This document shows positions 37,990 through 46,356 of a stretch of 64,000 nucleotides of DNA, one piece after another. Under the pieces are notes generated by a model. That model saw only the letters and a program-made list of their open reading frames with translations. It was not told where the DNA came from and searched no databases. The position numbers were made by a program, and so were the translations under genes. Origin of the DNA: an uncultured candidate division Zixibacteria bacterium (lineage in GTDB: Bacteria > Zixibacteria > MSB-5A5 > GN15 > FEB-12); the NCBI GenBank assembly GCA_963735035.1, contig CAVTJJ010000003.1:832001-896000 (forward strand), read 5' to 3'. Each line of letters opens with the position of its first letter. Within the stretch, counting starts at the first letter, position 1.

Positions 37990-39015
37990 TTACGGCAGGT
38001 TCAGAGCAACGGTACCCTGAGAATGGCACTGCTGACAGACAACTTTCGGAGCCGTTCCATCGCCTTCTTCGTCAATCGCGGCAGCGCCGGTAGCGAAGAT
38101 CAAGCCAAAGGCATTCTGGTTGCCGTGGCCCTTGTGGCAGCTAAAGCAGCTCGGCGTCAGATCGGCCGGAGCGGTCGCAAAGTTGGTACCCTGCGTACCC
38201 CAGTCACCGGTGGAGCTCATGACCTTGACGCGGTAGGGGCGGTTGCTGAAGCGACGAGTCGCACCAACGCTGATGTTGGCACCAGCGGTTGGGTGACGCA
38301 CCCAGGCGCTGTCGGTCATGTTGTACATGTTGGCGTTCGACGAGTTGCCGTGGAAATTCGTGTGGCAGTCGCGGCAGAAAGCAGCATAGGCCGACGAATC
38401 CTGGTACGGCTCGTTGAAATCGATATTGTCGACACTGTAATGGTCAGCAATCGCGGCACTGCGCTGGAAGACAGCCGTGGCCAGATTGTTGGTGCCGGTT
38501 GAATAGGTAATGTAATGACGGGCTGAGGATCCCACACCGCTAGAACGGGTATTGCGATAGTAAGCGTTGCCGTGCACGGTATGGCAGTTGGTGCAGCTCA
38601 AACCGTCGGCATTGCTCCAGGTACCGCCCGGGGCGACGTCAGTCGAGCCAATGGTATGGCCGGTAACGTCGAAGTACGGGGCGGTATTATCCATGTTCAA
38701 ACCACCACCCATACGACCGTTGGTGTACTGGGTCCCACCGTTGGCGCCCATGACATCAGGGGCAAACGTCTGGTTGTTGTGACAGCCGAGGCAGAGGTTC
38801 GTGACCTCATCGCGCAACAGAGCGTCATTCGGGCCGTTCGGGGTTACAAAGTATCCCGATCCGGCTGAGTCGGCATTGTAACCGTGCTGTTGGCTGGAGT
38901 GCATTACGTGGCACTCATTGCAATTCAGAGTCGCCTGGTAATGATAGTCTCCGGCCATGGCTCCCGCTGCAAACAACGCAACGAGTCCAGCCGCTACCAT
39001 GAAAGTGTTTCTCAT
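37990..39015 (-). CDS. OmcS-like secreted hexaheme cytochrome c (candidate nanowire subunit)
   Basis: Signal peptide AMA|GDYH; YH-x6-CNECHVMH, CLGCH, GH..APGGT, CTNCHTVHG, CRDCH, RHP, CFSCHKGH, CQQCH; AAGGAG RBS before ATG 39015. Confidence 0.85.
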   Translation of the reverse strand: MRNTFMVAAGLVALFAAGAMAGDYHYQATLNCNECHVMHSSQQHGYNADSAGSGYFVTPNGPNDALLRDEVTNLCLGCHNNQTFAPDVMGANGGTQYTNGRMGGGLNMDNTAPYFDVTGHTIGSTDVAPGGTWSNADGLSCTNCHTVHGNAYYRNTRSSGVGSSARHYITYSTGTNNLATAVFQRSAAIADHYSVDNIDFNEPYQDSSAYAAFCRDCHTNFHGNSSNANMYNMTDSAWVRHPTAGANISVGATRRFSNRPYRVKVMSSTGDWGTQGTNFATAPADLTPSCFSCHKGHGNQNAFGLIFATGAAAIDEEGDGTAPKVVCQQCHSQGTVALNLP

Positions 39016-39169
39016 GAAGAACTCCTTAATAAACACACAGTACTGAGGTTGAAGTGTTATTGGACATCACTAAATTGGCTCTGCAAGCGGCCGGAATTGA
39101 AAAGTGCCGACCGAATCCAAACAGGAGAATCAGGTAGGAAATTTCTTCCTCAAAGAAGCGAGCGATGAC

Positions 39170-39202
39170 ACATCGGTGACAATATTGTGAAACTTTTAGC
39201 AA
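39170..39202 (-). promoter_or_regulatory. Putative Rex operator overlapping a weak sigma-28-like promoter
   Basis: TTGTGAAACTTTTAGCAA at 39185-39202; AAAAGTTT-N12-ACCGATGT on the minus strand. Confidence 0.5.
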
Positions 39203-39403
39203 GCCGTCGTAAAGCTTAAGCATTGTGGTCGTTTGTTTCGTCACAAATGTTACTCAGTAATCACTAGGTAAGTACTAGTTCAATCTGGCGTAAAGATATC
39301 AATATTACCCGATAAGTCAATACCAAATTATTCGAGAACTTGAATCTTTTTTGTCGTAAATCTATACCAGCTAGTAAGTTAAACTACTACTGGGAAGGTG
39401 GGA

Positions 39404-40381
39404 TTACCTGATCTGGTACTTTTGGATTCGTCGACCTGACCGCTCGACGACGTAAAACGTTGAACTGCCGTCACTTGCAATTCCGATCGGATACTGGAAG
39501 AACCCCGGCTGTCGGCCGTATGCCCCGATCATCGTAAAGAAATCTCCGGTCCCTAAATAGACCTTTACAGTCTGCCGTAATTCGTCCAGAATCAAAATGA
39601 ACCGCCCCCCCTGACCATCGGACAAAAACCCGAATCCGGCAGGAAACGTCAAATCCTGTCTTTCGACATCGTGGCCGCCAAAACCGAACAGATATTGTCC
39701 GAGCGTATCGAAGACTTTTACGGCCGGAGTTCCGTAGATATCGCCAACATAGACTTTTCCGTCGTACATCCCCAGGCCAACCGGCGTATTGAGCTGATTG
39801 GCGGAATCTCCCTTCGATCCGATTGTACGAACCAAGAGAAGGTCCTGATCCAGAAGCAGCACGGTGGTGCGATCACCGTTGACGGCCAGACAGAACCGGT
39901 CGGTCGCGTCGACGGTCACGCACGAGACTTTCAAGTGAAGGGCAGTGTCGCCCAGCAATTGGCTGGGCCAAACGTTGTCAATAACGCGCCCCCGAAAGTC
40001 CAGGAGATCAAGTCGATCACTGATAGCATCAAGAAGCAGTATCTCCCCCCGACTATTAACTGCCATCGCCTTCGGCTGTCCGGCGAGAGTTCTTCCCGAG
40101 GCGTCTCTCACGAAATGCCGGAAAGAGAACTTACAGGTCAACTGGCGATCGTAGATCAGCACCCGGCTATTTCCAGCGTCGGCGACAAACACTTCTCCCG
40201 CCGTAGTGTCAAACCAGATGCCGGCCGGATCTTTGAGCATGGAGCCGAAACCGTCATCGTAGGCGACCGCCGTTACGGAAATGGCCGCCTGCAACGAATC
40301 CGCATCAAGAGCCGACGCAGTCGTGGCGCCCAGACCCGACAGAACGATAAGACCAAGAGCACAGACTCGAATCGGGCTCAT
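39404..40381 (-). CDS. Secreted NHL-repeat beta-propeller protein
   Basis: DPAGI..VFVADAGNSRV, QPKAMAV, TPVGL, FPAGF, YPIGIA repeats. Confidence 0.88.
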   Translation of the reverse strand: MSPIRVCALGLIVLSGLGATTASALDADSLQAAISVTAVAYDDGFGSMLKDPAGIWFDTTAGEVFVADAGNSRVLIYDRQLTCKFSFRHFVRDASGRTLAGQPKAMAVNSRGEILLLDAISDRLDLLDFRGRVIDNVWPSQLLGDTALHLKVSCVTVDATDRFCLAVNGDRTTVLLLDQDLLLVRTIGSKGDSANQLNTPVGLGMYDGKVYVGDIYGTPAVKVFDTLGQYLFGFGGHDVERQDLTFPAGFGFLSDGQGGRFILILDELRQTVKVYLGTGDFFTMIGAYGRQPGFFQYPIGIASDGSSTFYVVERSGRRIQKYQIR

Positions 40382-40962
40382 TCACCGACCAGCTTAACAA
40401 GTTTCGCAACTGCTTTATCAACCACTTTGCGGGCCAGTTCTTCGCGCGATCTTACCGCCCGAATCCCGAACAATAATTCCGACTGATCACCTCGGGCGTT
40501 GGAAGCCCCGGTCCAGACGGTTTCGCGGGTTTTACAGCTAATTAGTCGAAGGTTCATCGAGACTTGCGGGATCTTCCCGAGGTAGGTGTTATCTGTCTCG
40601 GTGTATTCCAGAACCGTCCCGGTTATGATGTAATCAACCTTGAGACCGCCCGCGAGACTGTCGATCTGATCACCGGTCAGAAAGGTGCTCGACCGTACCC
40701 GATGTTTTCGCATTTGCTCGTAGGTTTGACCCAGTTCGGTCATTTCGAAAGCATTCGTGCTTCGCAGCGACAGAGCCAGCAGTTCGGTCATTTTCTCCGA
40801 GGCATTTTCCCGCGCACTCAGGTTTTCGAAGGGCATAATCGCGACTTTCGCACCCCGATGAATGGTTTCACCGCTGTATTTTCCGGCGGTAAAACTCGGC
40901 CCGCAGCCGGGTGCGACAAACAGGACAGCCATGATAGCCCACAACAGGCGTGGCATAAGCAT
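40378..40962 (-). CDS. CsgG/GNA1162-like lipoprotein
   Basis: Lipobox APGC; VAIMPFENLS, VDYIITGTVLEY, LRLISCKTRETVW. Confidence 0.78.
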   Translation of the reverse strand: MLMPRLLWAIMAVLFVAPGCGPSFTAGKYSGETIHRGAKVAIMPFENLSARENASEKMTELLALSLRSTNAFEMTELGQTYEQMRKHRVRSSTFLTGDQIDSLAGGLKVDYIITGTVLEYTETDNTYLGKIPQVSMNLRLISCKTRETVWTGASNARGDQSELLFGIRAVRSREELARKVVDKAVAKLVKLVGE

Positions 40963-40967
40963 ATCTC

Positions 40968-41561
40968 CTACTTCAGCACCAGCGCAAAGCGCGCCGCTAC
41001 TTCCCGGCAGACCTTGGTCGTGAGTTCGCCGAGCGTATGGGTTTCGCCGATCGATACAATCGGGAATTTCGGACCGCCACGACGGGTGGTTTCATAGCTC
41101 CACACCACCTTTCCCGAGTTACAGTCCAATAACCGGACTATCAGACCGACCGTCGGGAATTCGTCCGAACCGACCCGGACCATTCCGAAATCCCTGACCG
41201 CGCCCACGAAGACTCCCTGCACTCCGGTCGCCTTAGCGAGAGCGGTAAGCTCCTCCGCGGTGATTTCTTCAGGCAAATTGACCTTGTCGCCCTTGAGCGA
41301 CTCGCGTACCGCCTTGTAGAAATCGCCGGCCGGAGCTATTTCCACCGCATTCTTCATCAGAAGCTCGGTAATGAAACTCGAGGTGACTTTGTCCGACGCG
41401 GCACGGTCGCCGGTCAGACTGGCGAACGGGATAACTCCCACACGCTGGTAAAATCCAAAGTCGGCCTCGTTGTTCACATATTCCGGCGGTGGTGCACACG
41501 ACACAATTGCGAGCGCCGCCAGGGTAACAGCGATCAACCTGTAAACATGTTCTTTAAGCAT
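40968..41561 (-). CDS. CsgG/GNA1162-like lipoprotein (paralog)
   Basis: Lipobox IVSC; VGVIPFASLT, VQGVFVGAVRDF, VRLLDCNSGKVVW. Confidence 0.78.
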   Translation of the reverse strand: MLKEHVYRLIAVTLAALAIVSCAPPPEYVNNEADFGFYQRVGVIPFASLTGDRAASDKVTSSFITELLMKNAVEIAPAGDFYKAVRESLKGDKVNLPEEITAEELTALAKATGVQGVFVGAVRDFGMVRVGSDEFPTVGLIVRLLDCNSGKVVWSYETTRRGGPKFPIVSIGETHTLGELTTKVCREVAARFALVLK

Positions 41562-41573
41562 ACTTTCTTGCCG

Positions 41574-43364
41574 CTATATCTGAAAGTTGAAGGTTCCATT
41601 CCAGGTTTTTGAAATGATTTCCGTTTTGTCGAGTTTTGAGCCGCTCCGCCCCTGAAGATAGCCGAGGGTAAGCGTCGAACGACGACTGGTGTATATCATT
41701 AACTGAACGTTGGCGGTCCGAGGGCGCGTAATCTTGACCGATCCCTTGTCGTATATCGACTCGGCCTGCACCCGCTCCTGGTTCTGTCCGTTGAGCGATA
41801 AGTAGAAAGTGAAGGCTCGACGAAACGAGTAGTTGACGTACAGCCCGATATTCTCGTTGCGATTGAACGCACTCGATGCCCCCACGCGACTGAAGATATA
41901 AGACGCCGACAGGTTGAGATTCTGTCGAGGCAACCAGGCCAGCCCGGTGTTGACTGATTCCATAAAGACACGGCCGGGCCGCAGCTTCCGTCCCAGCGAC
42001 GTGCTCGAATAGCCTACCCGGCCTTCCAGGTTGGAAGCCATGTAGAACCGGCCTTCCGCCGAATTGCTCATCTGGTAGCGGCGCTCCGCCTGCGGCGATT
42101 TGATATCTCTAATGAGCGATGAATTCATTCTCAGGTCGAAATAGGGAAACGGCGAAAAGTCGACCGAGCCGTAGTACGTGTCCACCGCATAGTGATCGAG
42201 ACGCTGAGTGGAAACTAAGTTGCCCAGCGAATCGGTCTGCTCGATCACCCGGTTCGACCGCTGGTAGATTGTGCGGGACGCGCTGAGCCTCGTGTCCACA
42301 CCCTGCCTCAAGTACCGGGAAAGAGAGCCCGTCATCGACACAAACTCCAGAATGCCGTCGCTGCCCCAGCCTTCAACCTGATATGATTTCACTACGCTGG
42401 CGTCAAAATACGGCGCCGGGGAAAAGTCCAGCCCGGCGGACATCGACTCGGAGCGTGTGCGGGAAGTCGCAACGCCCTGGGTTGCCGATGTAGCCCTGCC
42501 GGAGTAGCTCGCCGATAATCCCAGCGGCCGCCAAGGTGAAGCGGAAACCATCGCCGAGAGAGTGTGTGTCCGGCTGCGCGAGTCAATCGTAACCAGGGCA
42601 TCGTCCTTCGTGTCGTAGATATTATAAGACGCGCCGGCGTTGCCGAACCGCCACGACGGCGTGGTCGTGGATAGAGTCCCGCTCATGGCCCGGATAACAT
42701 CACTCGCCAGTGGATTGAGCCGATCATCTCGTCTGATGCGTGTATAATTGCCCCTCAGAGCAAATCGTTCGCGAGCGTAACCGGTCTCGCCCACAAAGTT
42801 GTGCTGAATGACATCGTCATGGCGCACAGGCGCGCGATCAAAGAAACGAAGGCGGTTGTAGGCCAGATTCAGAGTCGGATATCGAGGCACATTCACGGCC
42901 AGCGCGCCGCGCCAATCCCTATAGAAAACGTCGACAAGTGAAGTACCCGCCGTGTCCGAAATCGTCCTGTCCCTGCGACTATAAGGTGAGTAGCTCGTGT
43001 TGATGCTGTAGCCGTAGCTGCTCAGATCAAAGTAATAAGTGGGGCGGTAGCTCCGATAATCGGTGTGAAGATCGTCACGCCAATCAAACCTCCCGGCCAG
43101 GCGCATCCGGTTCTTGTAGAAGAGAACGTCCTCTACATTGATAAACGTATTGGCCATCATCTGACCACTTCGCGATGTGGTCGCACCCGTAGTCCGAACA
43201 TCAGACATCGACAACTGCCCGTTACCGTACCAGCGCTGTCCGCATGCCGAACCGGGCACGAAGACAACAGTCATCATTATCAGCGCAGCCGCACCCCATA
43301 AGGCGTTACTGAGTGTCAATTGAGTATGGCCGCAAGAGCCTCGTCTCCAGAGAGAACCGTCCAC
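41574..43364 (-). CDS. Large outer-membrane beta-barrel protein
   Basis: Signal peptide; Ser/Tyr-rich alternating strands throughout; ends GTFNFQI. Confidence 0.75.
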   Translation of the reverse strand: MDGSLWRRGSCGHTQLTLSNALWGAAALIMMTVVFVPGSACGQRWYGNGQLSMSDVRTTGATTSRSGQMMANTFINVEDVLFYKNRMRLAGRFDWRDDLHTDYRSYRPTYYFDLSSYGYSINTSYSPYSRRDRTISDTAGTSLVDVFYRDWRGALAVNVPRYPTLNLAYNRLRFFDRAPVRHDDVIQHNFVGETGYARERFALRGNYTRIRRDDRLNPLASDVIRAMSGTLSTTTPSWRFGNAGASYNIYDTKDDALVTIDSRSRTHTLSAMVSASPWRPLGLSASYSGRATSATQGVATSRTRSESMSAGLDFSPAPYFDASVVKSYQVEGWGSDGILEFVSMTGSLSRYLRQGVDTRLSASRTIYQRSNRVIEQTDSLGNLVSTQRLDHYAVDTYYGSVDFSPFPYFDLRMNSSLIRDIKSPQAERRYQMSNSAEGRFYMASNLEGRVGYSSTSLGRKLRPGRVFMESVNTGLAWLPRQNLNLSASYIFSRVGASSAFNRNENIGLYVNYSFRRAFTFYLSLNGQNQERVQAESIYDKGSVKITRPRTANVQLMIYTSRRSTLTLGYLQGRSGSKLDKTEIISKTWNGTFNFQI

Positions 43365-44453
43365 CTAGTCTCCTGGATCCGGATTGTGAACGTTGTGCCC
43401 GGTCGGCGAGCTATAATTGCTACCGTGTTTATCATAACAGTGCTTATCAGACGAGAACAGATGTGCCTCTTCGTTCGGAATCGGCGGCAGCGTCCTGCCT
43501 TCAACCGTACCACCGCCAACACCATCCGACGATTGGTGACAGCCAAAGCAGAACCGACGCACTTGAGCGGCATCATTCTTGATGTCAGTCAGACCGTACC
43601 ATCCCGGCCGTTGATCACTCAGCAGATAGGCGTTTCCACCGGCTCCGTTGTTGCCGACCGAACCGTGAGGATTATGGCACTCGTAACATGGGAGACGTGA
43701 CATCGACGGAACATACCCCACGCCGTTGCTGGAGCCGTGTCCGGCGTTCGAAGCGGGATTGATGGAGCGGTCATAGTAGTAGGCTATAGTCTTCGATGTA
43801 TCATCCATCGCCGCAGGGCCAAACTGGCTATGACAATTCAAACAGAGCATGTAATTGGTCGGCTGCGATCCGGTCTGAGAACCCACGATGCCGCGATAGG
43901 TCGTATCGAGCAAATCGTGCTCACCCGACCCGCCGTGAACATTGTGACAATTGTTGCAGGAACCGTTCCCGTCCGCGTCTTTCAAAGGCATGTACTGGCT
44001 GGTGTAGTGCGGCGAAAATTGCGGATCTTCCCACACGAGTTGCCCCGGCCACCGAACACGGTGCTGCACTCCCGCCACCCGGGTACCGCCGGAATTGTAT
44101 TCGAAGTAACCCGGATCGGACGATCCCGTGGGTAACCGATCCGATTCCTGGGCCGGATAACCCGACGTACCCCCGGAGGGGCGATCGGCGTGACAACCAC
44201 CCAGAGATGCCGCGAAGCAGAGTCGATCCGAATTGGCCTGGAATAATCCATAGGGAGAAGACGACGCCGGGTCGTGGCTGACGTGACACTGAGCGCAGCT
44301 CCCGCGCGGGCATTCCTGAACTCGCAGAACACCGGTCGTCGTTGAACCGTGAGGTGACGCCTGATACCGGCCGTTGTCGGCGTTGGATACACTGATCAAC
44401 AACATCGTCAGGCCGGTCATTACGAAAACAAAGATACGTTTACGAGTTATCAT
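43365..44453 (-). CDS. Secreted multiheme cytochrome c (5 CxxCH + Cx7CH + degenerate CxxKH)
   Basis: Signal peptide from MITRKR (ATG 44453); CAQCH, CFAASLGGCH, CNNCH, CLNCH, CYECH, CFGCH, CYDKH. Confidence 0.85.
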   Translation of the reverse strand: MITRKRIFVFVMTGLTMLLISVSNADNGRYQASPHGSTTTGVLRVQECPRGSCAQCHVSHDPASSSPYGLFQANSDRLCFAASLGGCHADRPSGGTSGYPAQESDRLPTGSSDPGYFEYNSGGTRVAGVQHRVRWPGQLVWEDPQFSPHYTSQYMPLKDADGNGSCNNCHNVHGGSGEHDLLDTTYRGIVGSQTGSQPTNYMLCLNCHSQFGPAAMDDTSKTIAYYYDRSINPASNAGHGSSNGVGYVPSMSRLPCYECHNPHGSVGNNGAGGNAYLLSDQRPGWYGLTDIKNDAAQVRRFCFGCHQSSDGVGGGTVEGRTLPPIPNEEAHLFSSDKHCYDKHGSNYSSPTGHNVHNPDPGD

Positions 44454-44460
44454 CGTGGCC

Positions 44461-45429
44461 TCACTTGTAATGGCATTGCTGACAACCGGAAAGATAGTTG
44501 ATGCCGCCATCGACATACGGCCAGCGTAGATTCTTGGTATTGGCCGTACCATGAGAAGCATGACAACTGCCGCAGAATACCATATTGCTGCTCTGGGCTA
44601 TTTGCGACGAGGCGAAATCGGTTGCTTGCGGCTGAAGGAAAGGAAGTCGCGGGACACCTTCGCCGGTGATCGGGCTTGACCCAACGAACCCCTCGCCGCC
44701 GCCCGACACCCAATGATTCACGTTGGTATGTCCGGAGCTTCCGACGGAAACATCCGACGGGTGGGCGTTGAAATGAGCCGGCAACACTGCGGCGGAATTT
44801 ACCGCTACCTGATCATGGCAGGAACCGCACCAGCGCGACCAACCAGTCTTATACCCAATGTTACCCCGGTTGTAAGCGATAGCGGAACCGCTGGCGTTGG
44901 GTGGATTGGCCGGAGCGACATTCCAGAACAGATCACGACCGGCCTCGATAGTGATCGAATCTCCTACCCCGGCCGGATCAAAACGGAGATTGCGATAATT
45001 CGTATTTCCGTGATAATCATGGCAACTGGCGCAGGTCAGGGTCATCGATTTTCCAAAACCGTTGAGCGGAATCGGGGACGCGATACCGAGATCATGACCC
45101 GAAACCTGGCCGACGCCAACAACCGTAAAATGCCCGGCGGCGCTTTCGGCAATGGTCCCCTGAGAATACATCGATATCGGCGCCAGAACGTCCGGTGCGC
45201 TCGGGTCGGAGCCGTCGTGACATGACAGGCACAACTCGTTGACTGAACTCTTTATCAGGAGCACCGAATACGGTCCGCCCGGAATCGGCTGGCCGTCGGC
45301 GCTGCTGTGCTGGATGTGACACTGCCCGCAGGCGAGTGATTCGCCCAGGTGCCAGTCGCCGGCCGACACGCCCGGTGCCGCCAGAAGCGAAGCTGTCGTC
45401 AGAGCTGTAAGTATCTGCCCGAGTTTCAT
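44461..45429 (-). CDS. Second OmcS-like hexaheme cytochrome c
   Basis: VSA|GDWH; WH-x6-CGQCHIQH, CLSCH, GH, CASCHDYHG, WCGSCH, HP, CGSCHASH, CQQCH. Confidence 0.85.
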   Translation of the reverse strand: MKLGQILTALTTASLLAAPGVSAGDWHLGESLACGQCHIQHSSADGQPIPGGPYSVLLIKSSVNELCLSCHDGSDPSAPDVLAPISMYSQGTIAESAAGHFTVVGVGQVSGHDLGIASPIPLNGFGKSMTLTCASCHDYHGNTNYRNLRFDPAGVGDSITIEAGRDLFWNVAPANPPNASGSAIAYNRGNIGYKTGWSRWCGSCHDQVAVNSAAVLPAHFNAHPSDVSVGSSGHTNVNHWVSGGGEGFVGSSPITGEGVPRLPFLQPQATDFASSQIAQSSNMVFCGSCHASHGTANTKNLRWPYVDGGINYLSGCQQCHYK

Positions 45430-45430
45430 A

Positions 45431-46339
45431 TTACTGCTCCTGACTTAGATCGTAAATGTCAAGGCGGCCGGTATCGTTGACAACGATCAATTTGTAGTCG
45501 GAAGTCGTTGTCATGTCGACCGGCCTTACGCCCGGTGTTCCGAAAAGCCGCGTGTCCAAAAGCGTGCCTGTCTGATCGTAGCGCCGAAACTGCGAATTGG
45601 TGGCGTCGGCCACCCAGATCATCTCGCGCGCATCCACAGTCGCCGCCGTAGCATCCCAGACGCTTTGCGGCGACGGTCGGTTCCAGTCCCCGGCCAACAA
45701 CGGTTTACCGTCGACGTCGAAAATCTGCACCGGGAAAGATCGATCACCAACTATCACCAGACGCCCCGAGGCCAGTTGGGCGCAGACCGTCGCCCGTCCG
45801 AGCTTGCCCCGTCCGGATCCGCCCGGTATTAACACGCCGACTTGTTTCCACTCGATATCAAAGTGTCTCAAGCCATCCGGGTTTTCCGTGATCGCAAGAA
45901 AAGTACGATCGCGACGTTGATATAAACGCAGGATTCGTCCCTTGCCGCCAAGAGTCGATGACAGATCGGCCACGGTATCGATCTTTCGGGGTTCTTCTTC
46001 GGAGACCCGAAACAGAAGTCGGCTATCCCACTGAGAGAATATCAATTCCCGATCGCTCGTCCAGACGAGGGCGGTCGGTTGAGCGAGCATGACCCCGTCA
46101 CCGACCGACCAGAGCACTTCGCCTCTGGAATCGAATACGTAAATGCGATTGTTGAATCGATCGGCGACCGCCACCCGCTCGCCACTGGGCGCTGTCGCCA
46201 GTTGCCCGGGTTTGGACACCGAAAAAGAAACCAGCCTGGAAATAAGCGGAGGCAACTCAGTGGCCGACTCGGCAATAACGGCGCATGTCGACAGCAACAA
46301 TGCGCTTACGAAAACTATTCTTGCCGATGCAGCCGACAT
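45431..46339 (-). CDS. Secreted NHL-like beta-propeller protein
   Basis: VAVADRFNNRIYVFD, QPTAL, IWVADATNSQFRRYD repeats. Confidence 0.75.
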   Translation of the reverse strand: MSAASARIVFVSALLLSTCAVIAESATELPPLISRLVSFSVSKPGQLATAPSGERVAVADRFNNRIYVFDSRGEVLWSVGDGVMLAQPTALVWTSDRELIFSQWDSRLLFRVSEEEPRKIDTVADLSSTLGGKGRILRLYQRRDRTFLAITENPDGLRHFDIEWKQVGVLIPGGSGRGKLGRATVCAQLASGRLVIVGDRSFPVQIFDVDGKPLLAGDWNRPSPQSVWDATAATVDAREMIWVADATNSQFRRYDQTGTLLDTRLFGTPGVRPVDMTTTSDYKLIVVNDTGRLDIYDLSQEQ

Positions 46340-46356
46340 AAGCGATGCTCATTGCC

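Noticed and set aside
39016..39403. Cyclic-dinucleotide (GEMM) riboswitch upstream of the OmcS-like gene, as in Geobacter
   Set aside because: I found no GEMM-like paired hairpins on the minus strand by eye; an Infernal search would settle it.
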